64,000 nt of DNA from an uncultured Nitrospiraceae bacterium (GTDB lineage Bacteria; Nitrospirota; Thermodesulfovibrionia; Thermodesulfovibrionales; Dissulfurispiraceae), in contig CAMTVO010000001.1 of assembly GCA_947085205.1 (NCBI GenBank), positions 27,142 to 91,141 on the forward strand. Direction: 5' to 3'. A program made the translations under genes and the position numbers. The notes under the pieces are model-generated. The model did not search any database. It was not told the DNA's origin and was given only the letters and a program-made list of their open reading frames with translations. Positions 10,324 to 19,443 of the stretch are shown here, piece by piece. How positions within the stretch are numbered: the stretch's first letter is position 1; each line of letters starts with the position of its first letter.

Positions 10324-11837
10324 TTTATTCTGTTCTCTGTCTTCTGGTTTTCTCATGTTCTTCCACCGACATAAAAAGGGAAATCCAAATTCCCGAGGAG
10401 TTCAGGGAAGTAAAGACAGAAAGGCATGCCCCGTCTGAGCCGAAAATCCCTGAGTTTATTCCTGTCACCGAAGACATCTCTCCTGTAAAAACGAGGATTG
10501 TTGACATAGCGGCGAGGAATACTCCTTTAAGGGATGTGCTTCATGTAATTGCAGAAGCAACAGGCCTGAATCTCGTCATCGAAAGGGGAGTTGCGCCTGA
10601 GACCCCTGTAACGCTCACTCTTAAGAATATAAGCGCCGAAGATGCACTGAATACAATTTTCACATCCGTGGATTATTTTTACACAATTAAAGACAATATG
10701 TTCATTGTAAAGGCCGTTGATACTAAGATATTCGAGCTCGGACATCCTGCCATAATCCAGACTTACAGCGTGGATGTCGGAGGAGATATACTCGGTGGCG
10801 CAACAGGGGCATTGACCGCAGGCGGAACGGCTATAGGAACTCCAAATATAAAGGGAAACGTAACCCAGACGGTGAAAACCGATGCTACGGCATTTAATTT
10901 TTGGGATGCAATAGAAAAATCCATTGGAAGCATTCTTGGGCCAACCGCCCCAGCAACTGCAGGCGGGATGCAGCAGGGTTTTACTGTGAACAGGATGACA
11001 GGCACTATAGCAGTGACGGCCTCGAAAAGGAATATCGAGAGGGTCGAACAGTATATAAGCGCTATCAAGAAGGTAATCAACAGGCAGGTTTTGGTCGAGG
11101 CAAAGATTATAGAGGTTCAGTTGTCCGAAGGCCTGAAGTACGGAGTTGACTGGAGTTTCGTAAACCGGACATTGGGTAGCGGACAGCTTAACATTGCTTC
11201 GACGGGATTTTCCGGAGCCGTGCCTTTGGCGGGCCCTGCCGTCAGTATGGGCGTTACAAGGGGAGCAAGCTTCAGCTCGCTTTTAAAGGCTATTCAGCAG
11301 CAGGGGGAGGTGAGGACCCTATCGAATCCGAGAGTGAATATCATGAACGGTCAGACCGCTCTTTTAAGTGTCGGCAGGAACGTCAGTTTTATTTCAAAGG
11401 TCGAGACAACAACCACCACTGCGGCAGGCACTGCGCCGGTAACTACATTTACGGTGCAGACGAGCAACATACTTTCCGGAATTATTATCGGAATAGTGCC
11501 TTACATAAACGAAAACGGCGACATATCGCTGACAATAACTCCGATAATATCGGACCTCATCAGGCTTGAAGACAGGACTATCGGAAGCGGGACCAATCAG
11601 GCGCAGATTTCCCTTCCGACAGTAGACCTGAAAGAGCTCAGCACTACGGTGAAGGTAAGGGACGGTCAAATGGTGATAATCGGCGGTTTGATATCAAAGA
11701 AAGAAGGCCTTCAGGACTATAAGGTTCCGGGACTGGGAGCTGTGCCTGTAGTAGGAGAATTGTTTAAGAGCCGGGACAGGACAGAAACAAGGTCAGAGCT
11801 GGTTGTTGTCTTGCAGCCGGTGCTGGTCTCAAGATAG
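10302..11837 (+). CDS. mshL: MshL-type lipoprotein secretin
   Basis: Lipobox FSC; QVLVEAKIIEVQL, LSNPRVNIMNGQTA and KVPGLGAVPVVGELF. Confidence 0.85.
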   Translation: MDKGGFVIYSVLCLLVFSCSSTDIKREIQIPEEFREVKTERHAPSEPKIPEFIPVTEDISPVKTRIVDIAARNTPLRDVLHVIAEATGLNLVIERGVAPETPVTLTLKNISAEDALNTIFTSVDYFYTIKDNMFIVKAVDTKIFELGHPAIIQTYSVDVGGDILGGATGALTAGGTAIGTPNIKGNVTQTVKTDATAFNFWDAIEKSIGSILGPTAPATAGGMQQGFTVNRMTGTIAVTASKRNIERVEQYISAIKKVINRQVLVEAKIIEVQLSEGLKYGVDWSFVNRTLGSGQLNIASTGFSGAVPLAGPAVSMGVTRGASFSSLLKAIQQQGEVRTLSNPRVNIMNGQTALLSVGRNVSFISKVETTTTTAAGTAPVTTFTVQTSNILSGIIIGIVPYINENGDISLTITPIISDLIRLEDRTIGSGTNQAQISLPTVDLKELSTTVKVRDGQMVIIGGLISKKEGLQDYKVPGLGAVPVVGELFKSRDRTETRSELVVVLQPVLVSR

Positions 11838-11840
11838 TTC

Positions 11841-13487
11841 ATGGCGACAATAAGGATCGGCGATTTACTAAAGGCAAGAGGGCTTATTAACGACAGACAA
11901 CTGCATGTCGCCTTAGTCCAGCAGCAAGTAACGGGAGACCTTTTAGGCGATACGCTTGTAAAGCTGGGGTTCGTATCGTCAAAGGAGCTCGGACAGATAC
12001 TTGCAAAGCAGTCGGGCATAAAATATATAGACCTTGCCGAGCATGTCATTTCCGAGGATGCGCTGAGGGTTGTGCCTAAGGATATTGCGGAAAAGACCGG
12101 ATTCATCCCCATAGAAATGGAAGACGGCAGGCTGAGCATAGGAATAACAAACCCGAGCAATATATTAGCCGTCGATACTGCTTCAAGGATTACCAAAAGC
12201 CAGCCTAATGTTTATATGGTCGATGCGGACAGTTTCAGAGACGCTGTTGAGAAGGCGTATTTCTTTTTAGAAAATCCCATACAACACCGGATTGAAGAAA
12301 TAATAAGAGAGATAAAGGCAACTGAGACGACCACAGGCGCTGTCGTAACAAATCTCACGAACCTGATTATTATGGATGGTATCAGAAGGAATGCCACAGA
12401 CATTCATATCAATCCCACGGCGGATATTGTCAATATTTTTTACAGGATAGACGGAGTGCTTCAGCACGGGCACGGCCTTCCAAAGGCAGCGCACAACGGC
12501 ATTGTGTCAAGGATTAAGATATTATCCCAGCTCGATATAGCTGAGCAAAGGCTGCCGCAGGACGGTTCATTTACATTCACATTTCTCAATAAGGCTTACG
12601 ACATCCGCGTATCTGCAGTCCCCACAATATACGGAGAAAATATCGTGATGAGGGTGCTTGTCGGCGCTGGTCAGCTTTTGAGAATCGAAAGACTCGGATT
12701 CGATGAAGAGAACACAAAAAAAATAAAGACATTGTTCCATAAGCCTTTCGGCATAATCCTGATTACAGGCCCTACCGGAAGCGGTAAGACTACTACGCTA
12801 TATGCGGCATTAAGGGAGATAGACCTCCTCGAAAGGAATGTCCTTACTGTCGAAGACCCTGTTGAATACAAGCTGAGCCTGATAAAACAGACTCAGGTCA
12901 ATGAAAAGGTCGGCTACGACTTTGCGCTTGCAGGAAGGAATTTTATGAGGCAGGACCCCGATGTGATGCTCCTTGGAGAGATAAGGGATGAGGAGACGGC
13001 AAAGATAGCCATCAGGGCATCCATAACAGGACACCTCGTCCTTTCGACCCTCCATACAAATGATGCAGTAACTGCAATACCAAGGCTTATAGACCTGAAA
13101 GTGGACAGGTTTCTCATGTCATCATCGCTTCTTGCCATAATGGCGCAGAGGCTTGTAAGGAAGATATGCGGCTATTGCAAGGCAGAGTATGCTCTCGATG
13201 ACTATGAAGTCGCTGTGTTTAAGGAGCATGGATTCTCCTTGAACAGTGCATACAAAGGCAAAGGCTGCCCCAAGTGCAGCGGCACAGGATATTCGGGAAG
13301 GACGGTTATAGGAGAGATAATGATTGTCGACGACGAGATAAGGGAACTGATATATTCCGGCGCCTCTGTTACAACGCTAAAGGCTGCTGCTGTCAAAAAA
13401 GGAATGGTTCTTTTAAAACAGGATGCGGTCGGCAAGGCCGCTGAAGGAATAACAACGCTGAATGAAGTCTTAAGAGTGGCAGGATGA
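11841..13487 (+). CDS. mshE: GspE/PilB/MshE extension ATPase with MshEN domain
   Basis: GPTGSGKTTT, RQDPDVMLLGEIRD, TGHLVLSTLHTN, tetra-Cys Zn site; N-terminal RIGDLL..RGLI....L..AL..Q. Confidence 0.9.
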   Translation: MATIRIGDLLKARGLINDRQLHVALVQQQVTGDLLGDTLVKLGFVSSKELGQILAKQSGIKYIDLAEHVISEDALRVVPKDIAEKTGFIPIEMEDGRLSIGITNPSNILAVDTASRITKSQPNVYMVDADSFRDAVEKAYFFLENPIQHRIEEIIREIKATETTTGAVVTNLTNLIIMDGIRRNATDIHINPTADIVNIFYRIDGVLQHGHGLPKAAHNGIVSRIKILSQLDIAEQRLPQDGSFTFTFLNKAYDIRVSAVPTIYGENIVMRVLVGAGQLLRIERLGFDEENTKKIKTLFHKPFGIILITGPTGSGKTTTLYAALREIDLLERNVLTVEDPVEYKLSLIKQTQVNEKVGYDFALAGRNFMRQDPDVMLLGEIRDEETAKIAIRASITGHLVLSTLHTNDAVTAIPRLIDLKVDRFLMSSSLLAIMAQRLVRKICGYCKAEYALDDYEVAVFKEHGFSLNSAYKGKGCPKCSGTGYSGRTVIGEIMIVDDEIRELIYSGASVTTLKAAAVKKGMVLLKQDAVGKAAEGITTLNEVLRVAG

Positions 13488-14704
13488 ACTATTACTCCTA
13501 TAAGGCTATAGACACAGAAGGCATAATGGTAAAAGGCATTGAAGAGGGAGAGGATATATCCTCTGTCTACGGAGACCTCTCATCAAAAGGGCTTTATATA
13601 CTGAGCGTAAGAAAGGCAAACACCGCTATTGCAAACCTTAAAAAGGGATTTATGGCGCGTAAAATAAAAAGGATGGATGTCATAGAGTTTGCCAATAGCC
13701 TTTCTGTCATGCTCAGGGCCGGCGTTCCGCTTCTCACTGCACTTGGAGATATAACTATTACAGCAGAGAATAAATACCTTAAAACCATTATAGCTGATAT
13801 AAAGCGCCGGACAGAGATGGGGAGAAGGTTTTCGGATGCAGTTGATTTTTATAGAGACATCTTCCCCGATGTCTTCGTAAGGCTGGTAAAGGTCGGAGAA
13901 GAGACAGGCGGCCTCGAAAAGAGCCTGTCGGATGTAGCCGCCCATCTGCAAAAAATGGAGGACCTCGCTTCTGCAATAAAACGGGCTCTTATCTATCCTG
14001 CCTTTGCCATTGTTACAACAATGGGCGCCATGATTTTCTGGCTTGCATATGTCCTGCCCAAGATTATGGTCACATTAAAGGAGATGGGAGTAAAACTCCC
14101 GCTTATAACGAGGATACTCCTGCATGTCAGCGATTTTACACAGTCATACTGGTACTTAATCCCCCTTCTGCCTGTGGCCGGTTTTTTGGTTGTGCAGGCA
14201 TTAAAACAGAAGGAGATTACAAGATATTATGTGGACATCCTGAAGATTAAGCTTCCCATAATGAAGCTTGTTGTTTATAACAAGCTCCTTGCCCTTTTTT
14301 CCGAGCAATTGAGGATATTGATAGTGGCCGGACTCACTATAGACAGGTCATTCGATATAATTGCGGATGTGATGGACAACGAGGTCTTCAAGAGGGCGAT
14401 TATTGCATCAAAAGAAAGCATATCGTCGGGAAGCAGGATATCGGACGCATTAAGAGAACACAAGGTATTCCCTCCGCTGGTCGTAAGAATGGTGGATATA
14501 GGAGAGACGAGCGGCAATTTAGACGAGCAGTTCGCCTTTCTGTCGGAACATTATCTGAAAAAATTAGACGACATATCCGAGAAGATGGGAAAGATGATAG
14601 AGCCTATAGTTATTGCGGTCGTAGGAGTCCTTTTTGCGGTGATTATTATAGGTCTTATGTTCCCGCTTTACGACCTTATTTCACAGTTCGGGAAGGCGAG
14701 ATGA
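13484..14704 (+). CDS. GspF/PilC/MshG platform protein
   Basis: Two GspF repeats (VGEETGGLE, IGETSGNLD) and three TMs. Confidence 0.93.
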   Translation: MNYYSYKAIDTEGIMVKGIEEGEDISSVYGDLSSKGLYILSVRKANTAIANLKKGFMARKIKRMDVIEFANSLSVMLRAGVPLLTALGDITITAENKYLKTIIADIKRRTEMGRRFSDAVDFYRDIFPDVFVRLVKVGEETGGLEKSLSDVAAHLQKMEDLASAIKRALIYPAFAIVTTMGAMIFWLAYVLPKIMVTLKEMGVKLPLITRILLHVSDFTQSYWYLIPLLPVAGFLVVQALKQKEITRYYVDILKIKLPIMKLVVYNKLLALFSEQLRILIVAGLTIDRSFDIIADVMDNEVFKRAIIASKESISSGSRISDALREHKVFPPLVVRMVDIGETSGNLDEQFAFLSEHYLKKLDDISEKMGKMIEPIVIAVVGVLFAVIIIGLMFPLYDLISQFGKAR

Positions 14705-15993
14705 TGGATTACCTGGAATTTTTCGATTTAAAAGACGACCCCTTCAGACTGACGCCCGACCCGTATTATTTTTATCCGTCGGAGAGTCATAACGAGGCAT
14801 TGTCGTCTTTTAATTATATCGTTGAGCAGAAAGAGGGTTTTTTCCTCTGCATCGGAGAGCCGGGCACAGGCAAGACCACGTTGCTGAACACATTTCTTAA
14901 TACAGAAAAATGGAAGGACAGGGCAGGCATGGCGCTTGTGCTGACGCCGAGACTTTCGCCGGAAGAATTCCTGCTTACTGTGCTCGAAGACCTGAATGTA
15001 AAGGTTAAGAACACGAATAAGAACGAGATTATCAAGGCATTCAGGGATTTCCTTATAGAAAACTCGATGTTAGGAAGAAGGATTATTATTATCGTCGACG
15101 AAGCGCAGAATCTGCCAGACGAGACCATCGAGGAATTGAGACTTTTGTCGAATCTCGAGACAGAAAAGGAAAAACTGCTCCAGATAGTCCTGATAGGACA
15201 GCCTGAATTAAGGAAGAGGCTGCTTTCGGAGAATTTAAAGCAGTTGAACCAGAGGGTAACAGTAAGGGCTACATTGAGGCCTTTAACCGAGTATGAGACA
15301 TCGGACTATATCAATTTCAGACTGGTAAAGGCGGGAAAGGGCAATGTCATGTTCGATGAAAAGACAAAGAAGCTTATATACAAGCTCTCGAGAGGCATTC
15401 CGAGACTTATTAATCTTGTATCCTCAAGGGCGATGATGGCTGCATATCTTGACCTGAGCAGGAGCGTCAAAAAAAGGCATGTAATGTACGCTGTAAAACA
15501 TATTTCGGACAGCCTGATAAAAACAACAAGGCGCTTAATGACATTTTCCCGCGCAGCGATCTATTTTATGCTTATTGCTGTCGTTGTTGCAGCGCTTACC
15601 ATAACAAAAGACATTTTTGTGAAGACAATTTACGCTCCGGAGCATAAGAATCAGACTTCCCGAATTCCTGTAATCATAAATAAGGAAAGCCAAAATGCCG
15701 CTGTTGTCCGGCCCGAAAGCATAGCCCCTGAAAGCATAGCAATAGAACAGAAAAGTCCCAAGCAGGATACAAGGAGGACGGTAACGGTTATTGCAGGCGT
15801 TGTTAATTTGAGGGCAAAGCCTTCTTTGGACGCCGAGACTGTCGGAAAGGCGCAAAAAGATGCAGTCCTTGAAATAATCGACGAGTTTACCGATACAGCA
15901 GGCAGAAAGTGGTATAAGGTAAAGACATCAGGCGGAAGGGAATGCTGGGTTGCAGGAAAGGTGGTAAGGGTTAATAATGGAGTAATGGAGTGA
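14701..15993 (+). CDS. ExeA/MshM-family AAA ATPase with C-terminal SH3b-like domain
   Basis: Motifs PFRLTPDP, GEPGTGKT, IIVDEAQNL, GIPRLIN; C-terminal VNLRAKPS...WYKV...WV. Confidence 0.88.
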   Translation: MMDYLEFFDLKDDPFRLTPDPYYFYPSESHNEALSSFNYIVEQKEGFFLCIGEPGTGKTTLLNTFLNTEKWKDRAGMALVLTPRLSPEEFLLTVLEDLNVKVKNTNKNEIIKAFRDFLIENSMLGRRIIIIVDEAQNLPDETIEELRLLSNLETEKEKLLQIVLIGQPELRKRLLSENLKQLNQRVTVRATLRPLTEYETSDYINFRLVKAGKGNVMFDEKTKKLIYKLSRGIPRLINLVSSRAMMAAYLDLSRSVKKRHVMYAVKHISDSLIKTTRRLMTFSRAAIYFMLIAVVVAALTITKDIFVKTIYAPEHKNQTSRIPVIINKESQNAAVVRPESIAPESIAIEQKSPKQDTRRTVTVIAGVVNLRAKPSLDAETVGKAQKDAVLEIIDEFTDTAGRKWYKVKTSGGRECWVAGKVVRVNNGVME

Positions 15994-16005
15994 TGGAACG
16001 TTGGG

Positions 16006-17205
16006 TTAGTGTCCTAACTGCAGCAGCCTGTCGTTTGCAAGCTTTTTGATCTTGGGGTCGATGTTATTCATTGATAATATCTCTTTATAAATCCTCGCCG
16101 CATCGGAAATCATGCCCTGCTTTTCCCATATTCTTGCAATACCGAGATAGCCTTGAATATTACCAATTTCCGAGAGCTTGTAAAAATAGCCGTAAGCCCT
16201 TTCATTGTCGCCCCGCTTTTCATATAAAATGCCGATATTTAAGAGGGCATAGCTGTTCGAAGGCTCAAGCGACAGAGCCTTTGAGAGATGCATCTCTCCT
16301 TCTGTTGGATTGTTGAGCCGTATATGCGCTATTCCTAAATTAATAAGGGAAGGCGTATAATCCTTTCTTGTGTTCAGCGCGCTTCCGGCATATTTTATAG
16401 CCTCTTCCATAGAGCCGAGATGGATAAGCACGCTCGCTATGTTGTTCATTATGATGAAGTTATCGGGCTCTATCTCCAATGCCTTTTTATAATTAAGAAG
16501 CGCCTGATGATAATCCTTTCTGGACTCGTATGTCCTTGCAGTGTAGAGATACACGTCCTTTTGCGGACTGTGTGTTTTCGGTCCCGGCTTTTGTTCTGCA
16601 ACTGCCGGTTTCTGAATTTCCTTTGGGTCATCTTTAGTTTTGGCTTTAGGCATGGCTTCAGCCTTGCCTGTCAGTTTTTGTTTTTCCGAAGTCTTCTTTT
16701 CCTCAATAGTCTCCTCTTTAGCCTCATTTTGCGGCTCCATCTTTTTAGCAAGCTTGGGTTTAACGGCCTTCGGTTTTAGAACAGCATCGGTTTTGGCATC
16801 TGCCCCGGTTTTGGGCTTTGGAGGTTCAGACGTTTCTGAACTCTGAACTCTCGACTCTTGCCTCTCGGCCGTTATCTCCTGATCAACTGCTAACTGCTGA
16901 ATATTTTTATCTGTTTTCTGTTCTCTGTCTTCTGTTTTTTGACTGTCATCCTGAGCTTGTCGAAGGGCTGTTTTTATTGCAGACGGCTTTATGGAGAGTT
17001 CTATAAGATAAACGCCTCCGATTCCGGATATGATTGCAAAGAGGATTAAGACTGAGAATATGATAATCCTTTTTTTGACCGCTTCCTTTTCTGCGGAGTT
17101 GGATACGACCCTTTTTAAATCAGGGGGGACGTCTGTTTTGTGCCCTTCCATGCCTGATGCGGATTTATACTTTACCTTCGATAATAAATCCGCAAGGAGA
17201 CTCAC
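16006..17205 (-). CDS. TPR-repeat membrane protein (MshN-like)
   Basis: MSLLADLLSK start, one TM, low-complexity linker, C-terminal TPR repeats. Confidence 0.8.
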   Translation of the reverse strand: MSLLADLLSKVKYKSASGMEGHKTDVPPDLKRVVSNSAEKEAVKKRIIIFSVLILFAIISGIGGVYLIELSIKPSAIKTALRQAQDDSQKTEDREQKTDKNIQQLAVDQEITAERQESRVQSSETSEPPKPKTGADAKTDAVLKPKAVKPKLAKKMEPQNEAKEETIEEKKTSEKQKLTGKAEAMPKAKTKDDPKEIQKPAVAEQKPGPKTHSPQKDVYLYTARTYESRKDYHQALLNYKKALEIEPDNFIIMNNIASVLIHLGSMEEAIKYAGSALNTRKDYTPSLINLGIAHIRLNNPTEGEMHLSKALSLEPSNSYALLNIGILYEKRGDNERAYGYFYKLSEIGNIQGYLGIARIWEKQGMISDAARIYKEILSMNNIDPKIKKLANDRLLQLGH

Positions 17206-17819
17206 TGCGCCTCCATCTTTAGCTCAAGGGACTGTCCCAGAATTACGGGCGGAGCCGTAGATTCGGGACTGTCCCTCTCACTTGTTGAGTTCACTTGTTT
17301 TTCTCTCACGCTGAAATAAAGTTCGGAGTTAGGAGTTTTGAGTTCGGAGTTTTGAGTTGGTATGCCGCTCTGTTTTTTGTCCTCTGACTTCAGCCTATTG
17401 AATATCTTCCACGAGTACCTTACCTTTTTGGGTTCGCTTACTGCATTGTAGCAGCCCACCGCCTCCCATGTATATCCATATCGGTCAATGCACTGTTTTA
17501 ATATCTTTGCCCCAATCATTGTGTTATAGCATGGATTTGAGATAAGTTTTTCGGCGTCCAATTTAAGGGGTTTCAGCCAGAATGAATTTATCTGCATAAG
17601 TCCGATGTCTATAGAGCCATTTTGGTTCTTATTCATAGCCTTTGGATTGAGGCTTGACTCGATCTGGGCAATGCTCTTGAGAAGGGATGGATTTATACCG
17701 TAGGTTTTGCCTGCCTCTTCAAAGCAGAAGGCATTCGCATCAGTAAGCAGTAAGCAGTAAGCAGTAAGCAGAATGAAACAAACAAGCTGAAAGCCTTTCT
17801 TTGAACTTTGAACTTCCAT
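17202..17819 (-). CDS. Lytic transglycosylase (SLT/IagB-like)
   Basis: CFEEAG..YGINP.LL.SIAQIES, DIGLMQINS, AVGCYN; start uncertain (17819 or 17849). Confidence 0.9.
   Translation of the reverse strand: MEVQSSKKGFQLVCFILLTAYCLLLTDANAFCFEEAGKTYGINPSLLKSIAQIESSLNPKAMNKNQNGSIDIGLMQINSFWLKPLKLDAEKLISNPCYNTMIGAKILKQCIDRYGYTWEAVGCYNAVSEPKKVRYSWKIFNRLKSEDKKQSGIPTQNSELKTPNSELYFSVREKQVNSTSERDSPESTAPPVILGQSLELKMEAQ
17228..17275. repeat. REP-like element with two GGGACTGTCCC palindromes, in-frame in the transglycosylase 3' end
   Basis: gggactgtccc-agaattacgggcggagccgtagattc-gggactgtccc. Confidence 0.75.
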
Positions 17820-17842
17820 GCATAAGTATAATGATAAAATTG

Positions 17843-17871
17843 TTGACAAATCAAGAAATAGTGGTTAATAT
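17843..17871 (+). promoter_or_regulatory. Putative sigma70 promoter for the Uma2 gene
   Basis: TTGACA-N17-TAATAT. Confidence 0.5.
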
Positions 17872-17907
17872 TTAAAAGCTTTAATAAGCTTTTCAGGAGA
17901 GACATCA

Positions 17908-18438
17908 ATGCCTATGCTGTTGGACAAAAGGATATTTACATACGAAGACATAGATTCCCTGCCGGAAGGCAACTACGAAATCATAGACGGCGAGAGGCGT
18001 GATATGACACCAACAATGTTTAGACATGGCAAGTTTGAAGGAATTTTTTACGAACTGTTACGAAAACATTTAAAAGATAAGGGCTATATTGCAGTTGGAG
18101 AAGTGGGCATTGTAATCTCCAGAAATCCTTTCAGGCTCAGGGCAGCGGATGTTGTTTATATCAGCAGAGAGGCATCTCCGGTTGAGCCTGTCGGCATGCT
18201 TGAAATCCCGCCTGATTTAATAATAGAGATAATCTCAGAGGACAATACAGCGAACTACATAAATGATAAAGTTAAAGATTACCTGTCAATAGGTGTAAAA
18301 AGGACTGTACTCATTGACCCTTATACAGAGACTATTACCGTTTTTAAGCATGGCAAGAAAGAAGCAGGTTATTACAACTTTGATGAAGAGTTTGAGCTGA
18401 TAGATGGGGTTTTGGTAAAACTGAAAGAAATCTTATGA
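17908..18438 (+). CDS. Uma2-family putative endonuclease
   Basis: Motifs YEIIDGE, RAADVVYIS, PPDLIIEIIS and KVKDYLSIGV. Confidence 0.9.
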   Translation: MPMLLDKRIFTYEDIDSLPEGNYEIIDGERRDMTPTMFRHGKFEGIFYELLRKHLKDKGYIAVGEVGIVISRNPFRLRAADVVYISREASPVEPVGMLEIPPDLIIEIISEDNTANYINDKVKDYLSIGVKRTVLIDPYTETITVFKHGKKEAGYYNFDEEFELIDGVLVKLKEIL

Positions 18439-18611
18439 CAAAGGCCAGTCAGGAACTTGCCACAAAGTATGACATTGAGCTTGTGAGAAAAGAGATAGAC
18501 CTTGTGAGAAAGGACATGAAGATAATGACTATAATTTTAATAGCTGTTATAATATTGTTAAACCAGAGCGCCCTTGAATTCATAGCAAGGATTCTGGGAT
18601 TATTGAAATAG
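18435..18611 (+). CDS. Small DUF1640/CCDC90-like coiled-coil membrane protein (58 aa, possibly a fragment); absent from the ORF track
   Basis: MTKASQELATKYDIELVRKEIDLVRKDMKIMTIILIAVIILLNQSALEFIARILGLLK; ATGA overlap with the Uma2 stop. Confidence 0.65.
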   Translation: MTKASQELATKYDIELVRKEIDLVRKDMKIMTIILIAVIILLNQSALEFIARILGLLK

Positions 18612-18641
18612 GAGGTGATACCAAGGGGAACTAAGGTTTAA

Positions 18642-18720
18642 AAAGGGAAGCGTTAAACCATAATCTGCCTATATGGGCGCCATGGTGGTTATGGTGATGC
18701 TGAGTGGCGCAACCGGCCTC
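18642..18720 (+). ncRNA. Probable c-di-GMP-II riboswitch in the pilin leader
   Basis: GGAAGC...TGGGCGCCA...GCTGAGTGGCGCAACCGGCC; GCGCCA/TGGCGC pseudoknot; ACCATAATC/GGTTATGGT stem. Confidence 0.75.
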
Positions 18721-18746
18721 TAAAAATTAAAATCTGGAGGTCAAAG

Positions 18747-19376
18747 ATGAAAGAAGTAAGCAGTAAAATCAAAAACCTATTCACGCATCACGCATCACGG
18801 TTCACGGATTCAAAGGGTTTCACTCTCATTGAAATTGCGATAGTGCTGGTTATTATCGGTATCATCATCGGCGCTGTATTGAAAGGTCAGGACATGATTG
18901 AGAATGCAAGACATAAGAAGTTCACTACCAATGTGAAACAGTTTGAGACACTCGCATGGGGATTTTTGGACAGGAAGGGATATTTCCCTGGAGATACTAA
19001 TAAGGATGGAAAAATTGAGGATGACCCAAAGACTGATATAACAACTAAAGGAAGATTTCTTGACCCTCCTACGAGCAACTCAATCACCCTCGGCTCATAT
19101 ACATTTTATATATGGCTTGGCAATGATGGAACAAAAAATATTATAGCAGTAACCAATCACGATACTACTCCCGCTGGATTTTCCGACCCAGAGCTTGGTC
19201 ATATGGAGGCATTTGATACCTCTATTGACGGAACAGCGGATGGGAATGCGGGCAGAGTAAAGGCTGCAACAGCTCTTACTGTTAACAGCGCTAAATGGCT
19301 TGGAACAGGGCCTACTATTACAGGCGACTGGACATCTGCAACAAAAGCATTGATTTATTATTTTGACAAAAAGTGA
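18747..19376 (+). CDS. Type IV pilin (paralogue 1)
   Basis: Class III signal KG|FTLIEIAIVLVIIGIIIG; RBS GGAGG. Confidence 0.92.
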   Translation: MKEVSSKIKNLFTHHASRFTDSKGFTLIEIAIVLVIIGIIIGAVLKGQDMIENARHKKFTTNVKQFETLAWGFLDRKGYFPGDTNKDGKIEDDPKTDITTKGRFLDPPTSNSITLGSYTFYIWLGNDGTKNIIAVTNHDTTPAGFSDPELGHMEAFDTSIDGTADGNAGRVKAATALTVNSAKWLGTGPTITGDWTSATKALIYYFDKK

Positions 19377-19443
19377 TTAGGGAAAACAGTGAGTTCGATA
19401 AACCATAAGAAATAGAAAAACCTAACAACGAAGGAGGTCTAAG

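Noticed and set aside
19377..19443. Second riboswitch before pilin 2
   Set aside because: Shares only GGGAA and TAAACCATAA with the 18642 motif and lacks the pseudoknot and GCAACCG end.
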